In this document: one piece after another, positions 24,279 to 38,793 of the stretch
Position numbering within the stretch: the stretch's first letter is position 1
Layout of the letters: every line of letters begins with the position of its first letter
Assembly: GCA_002269645.1 (NCBI GenBank)
Contig: NIVC01000861.1
Span: 310,001 to 374,000, forward strand
DNA length: 64,000 bases
From: Macrostomum lignano
Lineage: Eukaryota
Direction of reading: 5' to 3'
Notes under the pieces: generated by a model
Told to the model about the DNA's origin: nothing
Databases searched by the model: none
The model's input: the letters and a program-made list of their open reading frames with translations, nothing else
Position numbers and translations under genes: made by a program

Positions 24279-24905
24279 TTACAATACCCGGGCAGACTAT
24301 AAACAAAACTCTTATCTGACTACTGCTGTGACTCAATTTCGATTAAGTAGTACAAATAGCGCATGGAGTTCTGCCGGATATTTTTGTGTGTACTTATATA
24401 AATGCTGTGTTTAAGAAGATTTAATTTATGATAGCGTATAATCCAAACAAAACCACGGTTCCTCTTTTACTATGACCAATATACCACTATAAACAACTAT
24501 TATTATAATCTATCTTTTTTAAAGAATTTAAATAAATTTCTGGCACTATTTTTCAATTTCAAAATATCACTTTAAAAGAAGTTAAAAGAAGAATGACTTC
24601 AGTCATTTAAGGTTAATAACGTTCGCATTATTGGCATAATGTATACACTTAAAGCAGCGCATCTTACTTATATGTTTATAGTTGTTTATTGTTTTTTTCA
24701 AATACTACAATATGAAATTACTGAGATTATTAATTTATTCATAATCGCCATTTCCGGATAAACTGCAAACAGGTTAGGCATTATAACCGTAACAGGAAAA
24801 AATAGTATTAAGTTATTTATTAAGAAAGTCAAAACAGACAATGTACGGCATGCTTATAAAAATGTTTACCCTAATTCAAAATCAACACGTAAATATTGTA
24901 TATAC

Positions 24906-25973
24906 CAGGGTTTGGCAAAATTATTACTTAAAGGGCCAGATAGAGAACCTAAAGCATGACTGCCGGCCGGAACAGGGGAGAGAGGAAAGGGAATTGAGAA
25001 GAGAAGGGGTATAGGGAAAGGGAGAGAAGAGGGAATACAAGAGAAGAGAGGAGATAACAGAGAGAGAAGAGGAGAGGAGAGGAGAGAGAGGAGAGGAGGA
25101 GAGGAGAGGAGAGAAGAGAGAGGAGAGGAGAGGAGAAGAGACGAGAGGAGAGAGAGAGGATTATGAGAGAGAGGATTATATCTCATAGGATTATATCTCT
25201 CTCTAAGAGGATTATATCTCAATTATATCTCATAATATCTCAATGTGTGAGAAAATATTTCCAATATCTCAATGTGACAATAGATTTCCAATATCTCAGT
25301 GTGAGAACAGAGATTTTCAGGAGAGGAGAGAAGAGAGGAGAAAAGAGGAGAGTAGAAGAGACGAGAGGAGAGAAGAGAGAGGAGAGGAGAGGAGAGAGGA
25401 GAGGAGAGGAGAGGAGAGAGGAGAGAGGAGAGGAGAGGAGAGAGGAGAGGAGAGAGGAGAGGAGAGGAGAGGAGAGAGGAGAGGAGAGGAGAGGAGAGAG
25501 GAGAGAGGAGAGGAGAGGAGAGAGGAGAGGAGAGAGGAGAGGAGAGGAGAGGAGAGAGGAGAGGAGAGAGGAGAGGAGAGGAGAGAGGAGAGAGGAGAGG
25601 AGAGGAGAGAGGAGAGGAGAGGAGAGAGGAGAGAGGAGAGGAGAGGAGAGAGGAGAGGAGAGGAGAGGAGAGAGGAGAGAGAAGAGAGGAGAAAAGAGGA
25701 GAGTAGAAGAGACGAGAGGAGAGGAGAGAGAGAGGAGAGGCGAGAGAGGCGAGGAGAGGAGAGGAGAGGAGAGGAGAGGAGAGGAGAGGAGAGGAGAGGA
25801 GAGGAGAGGAGAGGAGAGGAGAGGAGAGGAGAGGAGAGGAGAGAAGATTAAAGAGAGCAACGCTGAGAAGAGATGTAAACGTACGTTTAGCGGTCCGGAT
25901 TGCTACTGTGAAGTTTCAAATGACCCGAGGGCCGGAGAGAGGAGCTTTGCGGGCCGGAGTTTGCCGACCCCTG
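24906..25973. mobile_element. Non-autonomous hAT-type element whose interior is filled with satellites
   Basis: TIRs CAGGGTTTGGCAAA and TTTGCCGACCCCTG; 8-bp TSD GTATATAC / GTATATAA (7/8). The interior is (GAGAG)n plus a piece of the PDCD6-intron repeat. Confidence 0.75.
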
Positions 25974-25974
25974 G

Positions 25975-25980
<6 letters not shown>

Positions 25981-26028
<48 letters not shown>
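25981..26028. repeat. (AAT)n microsatellite
   Basis: Directly visible, adjacent to the element's right TSD. Confidence 0.95.
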
Positions 26029-26226
26029 TTGAAAATTTTTGCCGAGGAATAAAAATAGAAACCTTGACATCTGCGAAGCGGCACAATAGCGAGATGGATT
26101 TATTGAATTTAGAAATAGATTATCAAATACCCACGTATTGACCACAATGGTCTTGTGGTGGAAACTTCAAAATGTTTTCTATAGGTATTTAATAGAAACA
26201 GAACAAAGCATATACTACTCACTCAG

Positions 26227-27828
<1,602 letters not shown>

Positions 27829-29032
27829 TTACTGAAAATATGAGTAACAGTTATATAGCACCCACAAATGCAAATAAATATTAGTGCTTTATATATTTTA
27901 CACAATTATTGAATTCAAAACTATTCAATAAGTAAAATTTAGCATGTTAATGACCCTTGATTATAATTAAACCTTGAACTTTTTATTTACAGAAAATATA
28001 AGAAACCTTAGATAAGTCACAGACACTTATGTATCTTCAATTAGACCTACAGATTGTTTTAAATTTTTACCAACTGTATATTACCAGTATATGCTATATT
28101 CTAAAAATAGGTTTTTAGCCCTAATAGGACAATAATAAGCCTTAGTCTATCTATTCAGTTACCTAGGAAAATAGCCTTATTTTTAACACATTTAAAAAAA
28201 TTAAAATATAACAAAATCATTATAGGGTTACTTTATTGGCATAGTAAAAAGTTCATTTACTTTATTTGATAAGCAACCTTTATACAAGCCCTAAAATATC
28301 TATGTATATTGTTGAGAATGATATCTTTCAACAATTTTCCAACCTATTCTACAAATTGAAGGATGTAATACATATAGCCCTAGGTATAAAGCCTTTGTTG
28401 GTACATTTATTTTTTCCTTTTGTGCTAAAAGTCCTCTAAATGTAATTTTAACATTAATGTGATCATAAAATGAAATAAATATCTCCCCTGTTTTTATCTT
28501 ATGAACACTAATATACTATCATCTAATTTAACTGATTGCAGAATTTTTTTAAATACATTTTTACTTGAAACATGGGTTTTTGGAATTTATAATGGGAGAT
28601 ATAGAAGAATCACAGCTATGCCTACTAAGTAAAATGACAAAGTGAATAGAATCAAAATAGTCCCATAAATATCCTAGATGATAAAATGGTAAATAACAAA
28701 ATGACTTAGAATTGGTTTCTAGACACTTTGTTATCCGAACAATTTGTCATCTATTACCTAGCATTTATCACTCTATTATCTATCAATAATGGCACTCAAT
28801 GAGTTTGGTTACTTCATTATCTATGAATCAAACAAGTACAATGAGTATAGCATTCACTAAATCATATTGTGTTGCATGGGCTATGCAAGGATCTCAACTC
28901 ATAGGGGCAACCATCTGCTTAGAATTCTAGGAATATTCTTAATAAAATTAATAGTACAATGGAATATATACACCAATAGAAAAAAATCAAATATAGCAGA
29001 ACAAATTTCAAATATACACATTAATTTCATTA

Positions 29033-29951
29033 CCCTATTGGAATAAGTTTTCAGACACTGTGGACAGTGCATCTAGTGCGCCATGGCAATCATAAAGTGG
29101 CCTGGACGGTGCGTCATGACAATCTTCAAATCCTAAGGTGGTATGGACGCCATAGTCAGGAAGGTGGCAGAGTGTGCGCCGGAACAAATTTTGGCCTCTC
29201 CCAAAATTGTGCGCCGTGCGCCGACACAAAAACCCTCGTGTGCGCCGTTGTGCGCCCGCCACTACCTGCCTTGCGACAATAAAAGACCTTTTTTTACAAC
29301 ATAGCAACAATTTTTGTGCGCCAATATACGGGACGGTTACGGGCTATCTATATTATATTATGAGAAATTGAGATCGTTAAACCGAAAATAGAAATTTAAA
29401 AAATTTTTAATTAAATTTCTAATTTTTAAAACAAAACAAACATAAAAAGTAAGCAAATGGCAAAAACAAAGGTAAAAAGGAAAAGGAAAATATTTTATTT
29501 TATTTTTTATTTTTTGGTAGAATGCAGTGTTACATTAGATAGAACAGTGAATAGTGTACTGTAACAAGTAACGACTTACATCGTTACATGGGATCGCCAC
29601 AAGGGTAACGCTGCATGTGGCGCGGCGCCCGCCGCGCCGCGCCGCCATGCGCCGGTGTCCTCTGGTATGCGCCGTTGTGCGCCACTGTGCGCCAGTGCGC
29701 GTTTACAAGTTTACAAGTTTTACTTACAGTTTGCTGAATTTCCACCGTGCTGCTGACTTTCTCCTGTGCATGCTTCTCATCCTTGTTCAGCAGCGCTGTA
29801 TGTAGCGCGTGATGTCCTCCTTGCATCTTACCTGTGAGCTGCTGTGCGTCATGGCGCATGGCGCGCGTAGCGCGCCATGCGCCATGACTATGAGGAAAAA
29901 GAAAAAGTGCGCCGGACGCCGTCCGCGAAAATACCACTTATTCCAATAGGG
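29033..29951. mobile_element. 919-bp non-autonomous TIR element with 16-bp TIRs and 8-bp TSD
   Basis: CCCTATTGGAATAAGT ... ACTTATTCCAATAGGG; perfect TSD TTTCATTA at 29025-29032 and 29952-29959. GC-rich GCGCC motif clusters at both ends flank an A/T-rich core. Confidence 0.88.
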
Positions 29952-32897
29952 TTTCATTATATTACATAAATATGTAGTATATGCCCTTGCTTTTGGTCAA
30001 AGTTGTCATATTTAAATTTTTAAGTTTTATTGATTTGGTGAAGTCAGTATCATGTTATGACAAATTTAAATATAAGAAGTTTTTTGCCAACAAGTTGATA
30101 ATTAATTAATTAAAATAAGTTGATAATTTTTTATTTATTTATCTACAATTTCCACCAACTTTCCAACTTGCAGAAAAGTTATTATAATGAATAAAGTAAT
30201 AATATGTACTAGTGCCTATCATAACTGCCTTCATAAAATCTATAATAGTTTGTTTTATTTCTATATTGTAGTGACAATGCTTAACACGCAAAAATGGATT
30301 GAACTTTTGTCAAATTAAATTATTGCAAAAAACTAGGAAACACTACTCTATTTTATTTAAGTGAGCAAATTATTTTCGGTAATTATTTTTTGTTTTAAAT
30401 GTTAATAAAAAGACCATACTTGGCACATAGTCTATAAAGTAAAATCTTCTTAGTTTACATGTAAAGTATGACATTTAAATGTGTACTAGCTCCTTTTTCA
30501 AATATTCCGGCGTACAATTGAAAATGTTACTTTTTTGGCATACAATTGGCGTAAAAAAATGAGGCAAAATATATTTGGCATACCTTTTGGCGTGACGCTG
30601 TGGCGTAAATATGCCAAGCAGCATATGCCAACTCCAACCTTCACACCAAAGTTAATATTAACAATTGTTGGCATAACGCTGTAACCTCAGAATCTTATTA
30701 TAAAATCATAAAAACCGTAAACCTCGTAATATGAAAGTTCATTAAGTACTATTCGAGATTTATAAAAATTTAAAATTCCATGGAAACTAATTGTGTTAAT
30801 TTTCTAAAAAAACTTAAACCAAAAATTGATTTTTGTTGGCATTATCTATAAGCCAATTTACTTTAAATAAAAGCCATACATTTGTTAAATTTTTATTGTT
30901 AAAAAATGTGTAACATACAAAAAAGGTCATTTATTGTTGCAAAGCCTAGAAAACCTGGCGTAAGTTCCTAGGACCTTGGCGTACGTTTCAGTATGAAGTG
31001 GCGTAGATTTTTTAGGGGACTTTTTATTCCGGCGTATACCATGACATGATCCTGACTATGGTATATAAGGCCTATTTTCAAATATACAAATGATACAAAT
31101 TGCATCGAAAGCTTAAAATATGATAACAATTATTATTTTATTAATGTTAATTGATAAAGAAAAAATTCAAAAATATATAAATTTCTAAATTGCATCATTC
31201 TCATAAATTTAATAATTCATAATTTTTTTAGAATTGTGACTATCTATTGTTTTGCCTTTATTTATGACTGATGCATTTTGCAAAACCCAGAACTTATTAT
31301 ATTGCCATATTATAGCTAGACCCACTAAGCCTAATAGTAATACAAGGTGCGCGTTACTTGTTTCGTGGCCCACATGCACTTTTACTTGGCACAAGGCGCC
31401 CCTGCCCTTCCTGTTCCTGACCATGCCCAGGTCTAGAACTTAGAATTAGAACTGACTAAGTTCAAGTTCTAAAAAATAAAAGAATAAACCACTCGACGGC
31501 CAATAGTGGCCACAAAATGCGGTGGGGAATTAGAATTAGAACGCACGCCGCACTGCTCAAAAAGTTAGCTTCCCTTCCCAAGACAAGATTAAATTAAAAA
31601 CAGGCCTATTTTTGCTGTAAACAACTAGTAGATAAAACGTTGTGTGACTTAAACTCAGTTTCACTCAATTCTTAAAGGATAGTAGGTTTAGAACGAATAA
31701 CATAACAAAGATTCTTCTGTTCACGGTCCTTACTTTTTACTTATATAACCACACCAATAATTTTCTGGTGGAAATGATGTGACGCGACGTGTAATGACAT
31801 TCCTTCTAGGAAGATTGTGTATTTAAATTTTTAAGTTTAAAGTAAAACAACAAAACTAAATAAAAATAATTTAAATAAAATAAAAATTGCTAAAAGTAAA
31901 TTAAGAAAGTACAGTATTCCAGTTTTAATAGATCATTTTGAAAAAACTTGCATCTTATGATTAGCCTAATTTTAAAAAAGGTATTTTCTGCGAAGTTGGA
32001 ACAAATGAGTAAGTTCAGTATCATTTAAGCAGTTCAAGTTCAGTTTTCATTATCTTATTTGATATTGATACGTACGAGATTGCGATACAGAATATCTGTT
32101 CCTTGCTGACGTTGACTAATTGACGAGATGTTGACCCCCCTTGCCTTTCATAAGCCTATCAAACGGAAACGGCTTTGTGTTTCATTTAGATTTTGCTGGA
32201 ATTCTATCAGATAGCGGAGTCTGCAGCTGCCCAGTACTTTTTGCCTTTGGTTGGGTTACTGACGGGCGAGATTATATCGCTATACTACTAACAATTGTCC
32301 TAAAGACTTTCCGTGTCATTTTGCCTAATGCCCAGAAGTGCGAGTCATTTTGTTGGATAGGCCTAAGTTAGAAGTTTTGTACATTTTTTAGTAATTAAAT
32401 AGTGATTTAGACAATTAATTGATTTAGACAAGTGATTTAGACAATTTTAATTTAAATGAGATCGACATTGTCATTGACTGTAGGTGCAAATGACAATTTC
32501 ATTGACTGTGATATAACAATAGGGCCTATGCAAATTTTGATATAGTTGTACTTGTTAACTTGTATAATGTCTTTGATGACAAGCAAAAAACAAACAATTT
32601 GCAATTTGACAAGGTTTTCAACTACTTAAGTAAAATAAGATTTGTCCAAACATATTCATTTTTGCAGTTGTTAATTTGACTTGAGTTTTTTATGATAAGG
32701 GCCCTAGGCCTTATATACCAGGATCATGACATATAGCATAGCATTGTATGCCAGAGCAAAAATTGTTTCCCTAGGGGCCTAGGCCCTAGTTCATGTATGC
32801 CCATGTACTATGTCAAAAGACTTATTTCATATGAAAATATCCTAAAACAAAAATATAAAGTATAACATATTTACGCCCTAGGTTTGGTTGCATATAT

Positions 32898-33054
32898 GCG
32901 CAACCTTGGGAATCACTTGGCCGTTTCTATTGGCAACAGACACATGTAAGTTGCTATTGGCTTGAGAGCAGTCACGTGACTACTATTCCATCCAATAGCA
33001 ACTTTCATGTGTGTGTTGCCAATGGAGGCGGCCGGGTGAATCCCTAGGTTGCGC
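32898..33054. other. Foldback hairpin (MITE-like) with about 63-bp inverted arms
   Basis: GCGCAACCTTGGGAATCACTTGGCC...GTTGCTATTGG pairs with CCAATAGCAAC...CCCTAGGTTGCGC; the loop contains the palindrome AGTCACGTGACT. Confidence 0.75.
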
Positions 33055-33337
33055 CCAAGCATGTTTGGTTGCATAAGATAAAGCTTGAACTCTATGTTGA
33101 CATTTCTACTCTACTCCTTTCACACCTTCCTTTCTTAAGACTAATGAATCAATCCTAGATTCTGAATCAGTAAGATGCAGAGCCTATATTTCTTCATTAT
33201 CATAGTTTTCCATAGCACTTATACCTTCTTTAACATTCACCATTGCTTGGCTTCACACTATCTTCCCTAGTATTCAAACTTTCTATAGACTATAGTCAGA
33301 TTCACTGGCTTTCACGCCTTCTTTGTTGGCACTTACG

Positions 33338-36300
33338 CATAGTTGCCACACCTGCGCTATTTTAGCGCTACTGCGCTATTTTGTTTCAGCTGCGCTACTG
33401 CGCTATTATCTTTGAAATGCTTTCAATTCTGCGCTAAATGAGTTTTATAGTTACACTAAGTCAACATTGTTTCCCTTCCTCTAAGTCTAAGTCAAAGCAC
33501 ACTCTTTACTTTCTTTAGAATTGTGTAGAAAGAACTAAAATAGATGCAGTCAGTCGGGGCTTGCCACTTGGCCTTACCCATCCCTTAGTCTGGTGGGGTG
33601 TTGCTGATTGGGGCCCTGATCGGATACCCCAAGTTTCAAGCCCTACCCCCCCCCCTCCAAAATGGCCAATTCCTATTGGCTTAGCAAATAGTCAATCCCA
33701 CTCACCCCCATGGGTCTGCTTTTTATTCCACTTTAAAATCAAAACATGTTATCGAACTTAAACTAAATAAACAAGAAAGTGTCTGAGTCCAGACATAGAG
33801 TTCTTGTATCAAGGACAAGCATAATGCCTCTTAAAACAAAGCCAAGTCAACGAGGCACAAAATGGGACAAGGATTGGCTACAAGAAAAAGACAACTCTGG
33901 CGTTCTAATCTCTAAGTGGTGTCAACAAGACAGAATTGAAGGCAAGGCCTATTGCAGGGCCTGCTCCAGGTCATTCTCAATAATGCAGCATGGAATCAGC
34001 GCGATTCGTCAGCACGCTGATGGACAAAACCACAAAATTCAAATATCTGCTATTGGTCAACAAAAGACCATGACAAGTTTCTTCTCGGTTATGAACGACG
34101 ATCCAGCAAAGCAAGCTGTGAGTTCGACTACTATCAGCGAGCAAGCAATGGCGGCCAATTTGCGTTTTTCATTACTGGTGGCCCAAAAGGATCTGTCATT
34201 TAACCTAATGGACCAGTTTACATCGCTGCTTCCGGTTGCATTTCCGGACAGTGCTATTGCTCAGCAATTTGCCTGCTGCAGAACTAAAACGACCTATCTT
34301 GTTAACGAGGCATTGGCACCGTTCGCAAAGGAGCAAATGTTTGACCTTCTCCGCAAGTCGCATTTCTCCATTATGCTGGATGAGGGCACTAAACGTGATC
34401 GCTCCTACCTGGCAGTACTTGCAAGAGTATTCTCCACTGAGCACCAAAATGTCCCAATTGTAATGATTGGCATCAAAGAGCTGACGGACAGCACTGCTGA
34501 AGGAATGAAGACAGTTGTTAAGGAACTACTTCGTGAAGGGAATATACCTGTTAAGCATGTTCTCTCGGTGATGACTGACTCATGCAATGCAATGCGAGGT
34601 GAGCAATTGCAGAACTAGCTTGTTCTTTTATATGAATGTCCTAATTACCTATAATAATAAGTATGTACTTATAATGAAAGTTTGTGACTGCTACATGCAC
34701 TACTATTTACATGTCTCTACTACTGTCTCTACTATGTCTCTACATGTACATTTGCTATTACTACGCTCGTGCGAGTAGTAGCAACTGTCTTATATTATAG
34801 AAATAGTATACTAGTAAGTAGTAACGTACGTGATACAGTAATCTAACAGTTAGCAGTTTTTTTCACAACCTTATTACAACATGTGAATGACATGATGACT
34901 TTGTAAGTTTTTATGGAATGTTTAATGAATAAAACTATTTATCCTAACATTCCGAAGGTCAAAACAATGGCCTGCTTGCTAAACTGAAGGAGGAGCTACC
35001 GCACCTAATCGATGTTGGCGGGTGTAGCCTACACCACGTGCACAACGCTGTCCAATATGCGGTAAAGGCTTTGGACTCTTCTGGAGAGACAGAAGGACTC
35101 CTGGATGATGTTTATAACAATTTTCGGTTCAAAAGTCGACGCAAAGCCTTCCATCAGGTATGCCTCTTGTGCGAACAAAGTTTATTTCTGGTTTTAAGAA
35201 TAAGAACAATTACAAATACATATATTCTGTCTTTGTGATACTTTTATCCAACTTAACTGAACTTCTGTCGGGCATAATTTATTGAGATAATAAAAAGATC
35301 ATAGTAAGTACACCATAAAGCAAATGAGCAAATTATAGCAAAATGCACATGTTCTTTTACCTATTACTATCGCTGATAGTGATATCATCAGTTTGTTGCC
35401 CCTGAACTCTATGAATAAATGCTTCTAGTTCTCTCCATATTATTCTAAACAGTACCGCTCATATTGCTCTGCCACCCACTGTTGCATTTTAGATTCAGAC
35501 AGCACTGAATCTGACTGAGCATGCATTTATCCGCCGAGTGGAGACCCGTTGGCTCCAGGTGCTAATAGTGGTGCGTCGTATTCTCGAGCAGTGGCCTGCG
35601 CTGCAGCAGTTCTTCTCAAACCAGCAGAACATTCAGAATGACCGAGCTCGCCGCATCAGGGAGGCCTTGACCGACAAAGCTCTAGCACGCCTCCAGTTTC
35701 TCGAACAAGCTTTGCCCAGGTGCGAGAAGATTGAGAAGCTATTTCAAAATGAGTCTACTCAGGTCCACCTTCTTTCATCGTCACTGGACGATCTCTGCGG
35801 CTGCATCCTGACGTGCTTTGTCCGAGAAGACGTTGTTAATGAGACCAACTCTCTGTCAGACCTCGCCGATCGTGCCAAGGAACGCTCCAATCAGTTGAAC
35901 AATGCAAGTCTGGTGATTGGTGGCAAGACCCGTGAGACTGTCGACAGACTGTCGCCAATTGATCGCATTGGATTCTACAAGAGCGTTCGCGATTTCTATT
36001 GTGAGTTAGTGCAGAGGCTTTTTTCATATCTGCCACTGCAGAACAAGATCCTCCGAGCTCTTCGCTTTGTCGACCCTAACTATCTACTCGGAGAGGACTT
36101 CAACTTCGACAGAACCGTGTTAAGGGTCGCCAAAACGATGAGCACCGTCATCGCAGTTGATGAGCTTGATGAGCTGCGTCTCGAAGTCACCAGGTTGCGT
36201 GTCTCAAACTCGGAGCTCGAAAAGTCGAATCCTGAGAAGTTCTGGTCATGCCTGCCCACTGCGACTTACCCGCTGCTATCAAAGCTAGGGCGCAGTGCAT

Positions 36301-37344
36301 GCTGCATTCCGCATGGCAACGCGGACAGCGAACGGTTTTTAAAGTGGTTGGCCAACGACTTAACGAAGCAGCGGAACAAGCTTTCCGAGTTTACGCTCAA
36401 CTCTCTGCTCACTATCAAGACCTGGCTGAAGGCAAATTTGGCCACTGCACATACAGTCACAATTGAACCAAGCCTAATTGCCATTGGCTTTGAAGCCCGA
36501 AGTAAAGCGGCTGATCGCGCTCGATTAGAACAGCGGCAGCAGGCGATGAAGAGACTGCAGAAGAAGATGGAGGAACAGCGCGCGATTGAAGCTGCAGCGA
36601 AGAAGGCTCAAGAGGAACAGCAGCAGCAGGAGGAGGATTTAGTGACGCAGCAGCAGACTGTTGACGAGATGCGAAGGAAGGCGCAAGAAATGCTGGCAGC
36701 TGCATCGAAGGCGGAAGCTGCATTCCGAAAACGGCTTAAGCGACAGAGCGTGTCCAGTCAGCCTAGGGGCGGTAACAAAATTGCGCGAATCGAAGGTGCT
36801 ACTGCCGCCGGACCCTCTAACAAGTGAAGTGAACATTGAAATTTTTGCTAGTTTGACTTTTATGTTAACTGAGCTGACGGAGAGTTAGAACTTAGTTTGA
36901 TTTCAAAATAAAGAAATGAGTTTAAAATCGAAATCAATCGACTATAGTGACAGATGCTTTTTACAAAGCGATTCCGGAACCAATAGAAGAAAAAATGTAA
37001 CTAATAATTGTTAAGAACATAATAAAGTAAGAAATTCGTACGATTTTAAAACTACCTTTAGTAAGTCAAGCCTTTCCCTAAAGTTATCAAATATCGTCTA
37101 GGCTTTTTCTCGTCTAGGAGCTACTCGAAAATAGTTAGTAACTGATATAAGTTTTTTATTATCATTTCGTTACTCAAATAAACAGGTTAATGTAGCTTTT
37201 CGGTTTCCTAAGACTTGACTTACTATTATTTATTAATCCGTGGTTGCTTTTTAATGATTACATAACTTTAAAACTAAATATTTTACGCTGCGCTAAATCT
37301 TTTCTGCTGCGCTAATATTCTTTTATTTTCCTGTGGCAACTATG
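33338..37344 (+). mobile_element. Full-length autonomous hAT DNA transposon (4007 bp)
   Basis: Perfect 13-bp TIRs CATAGTTGCCACA / TGTGGCAACTATG; perfect 8-bp TSD CACTTACG at 33330-33337 and 37345-37352. Subterminal TGCGCTA repeats at both ends; internal transposase gene. Confidence 0.95.
33824..36827 (+). CDS. hAT transposase, about 769 aa, 3 exons
   Basis: Exons 33824-34598, 34958-35157, 35493-36827. N-terminal C2H2/BED-like finger (CRAC...H...H), catalytic D (SIMLDEGT), D (VMTDSCNAM), CxxH (CSLHH), ETRW, and the C-terminal dimerisation region with E (GNADSERF). No internal stops. Confidence 0.92.
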
Positions 37345-38793
37345 CACTTACGCCATCTTCTCGATAGTTGCTTCAACAACTTCTGCCAGTCTTTTTGATA
37401 AACTGTCTGCTAGGCCTAGTGAGCTTTGTGCCATTTCTATGTTCAATATTTAAACTGGAATTCATTAAGGCTTATCACTCAATCTAGCAACTTGAAACTT
37501 AAAAGGCAGCATATACTATAGTGAAAATCCTAGTTTTTAATCTGCACCAATGTAAATTAATAAAAAATATATCAAAGTAAAATTGCTTATAAGCCAACTT
37601 TGTGTACAGTATATTCTTTCAAAAAAGAGTTTTAATAAACCTTAAAGTGTCTAGATATTTTTGAGAGCTATTACTCTTTATTTTATTTTTTTCTTATAAG
37701 TTGCATTATTATTTTTTATTTTAGTTTTCTTTTATTTTTAAAGAGCTTTCCTTGATTAATATTTAATTTAGTTGCACCATATACATACACTAAGCCTAAA
37801 CTTGGCTATTTTTGTATGCCGTGTGTAGACTAATATAGGACCTAAAAAGTATATATACCAAGATTGTCAATAAAGGACAAAAATATACTAGACTTTTTCA
37901 ACATGAAGGCTAGGCCCTATCTTTCAGATTATAGATTATAGCCAATATCAACTATACTAAGAACCTTCTTTTTGGACTAGACACCTACCTATTCTTTCCC
38001 TTGAATGTACATAGGGGCTGCAACCTCTCTTTTGCATGTGCTCGTATACTTTCTACCTATAGTCAGGTGGCTTTTGCTAGAAAAAATTCTAGTCTACACA
38101 AGGGGTCCAATATGCACTTAGTACACAATTATACTCTGTATAAAATCACAATGTACACAAGAGGTCCTTGGTGCATTTGGCACAAAACATCTTTAAAATA
38201 TATATATATATTGCACATTTTTTGGCATAATTGATATAAAGCATATAATTATTTTCTATTCTAACTTGCATATCCAAATGTATAACTTTTATATGTTTAT
38301 AGATAGACTACATTGAGACATTTTATTGAATGGATGTTTCATTAAAAAGTGGTTTTTCAGTAGAGGGCTCATTTAGAAAATAATACAAGGAAATACAATT
38401 GTACCAGCAAATTATTAGAAAAAAGTAACCAAGGTGTCTAGTTTTTTATGATTATTAACCAGCTTATTATTTTACAGTTTAGAACATAGTAAACAGTGCA
38501 CAGATGGCATATAAAAATTGTTTTGATTCACACTGTGCCACCTTCCTGACTATGGCTTTCTTAATTTGTAAACATTAGCATTTGTAATTTTGAAAAGGAT
38601 TTGACCATCCAATATACTAAAATTTCAATGTTTTATTTAATTTATATACAGTTTTATATCTAGATGTCTGTTTATATTGTGTTTAATATAGGTTTTTGAA
38701 TAAATGTAATATATTATTAATATCAGATTATGGGCCAATTAATACAAAATGTGCACAAATTAATTTATCCAAGGCCCACCACCTTCAGCACTC

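Noticed and set aside
25163-25981. 272-aa Glu/Arg-rich ORF
   Set aside because: It is a translation of (GAGAG)n inside the MITE.
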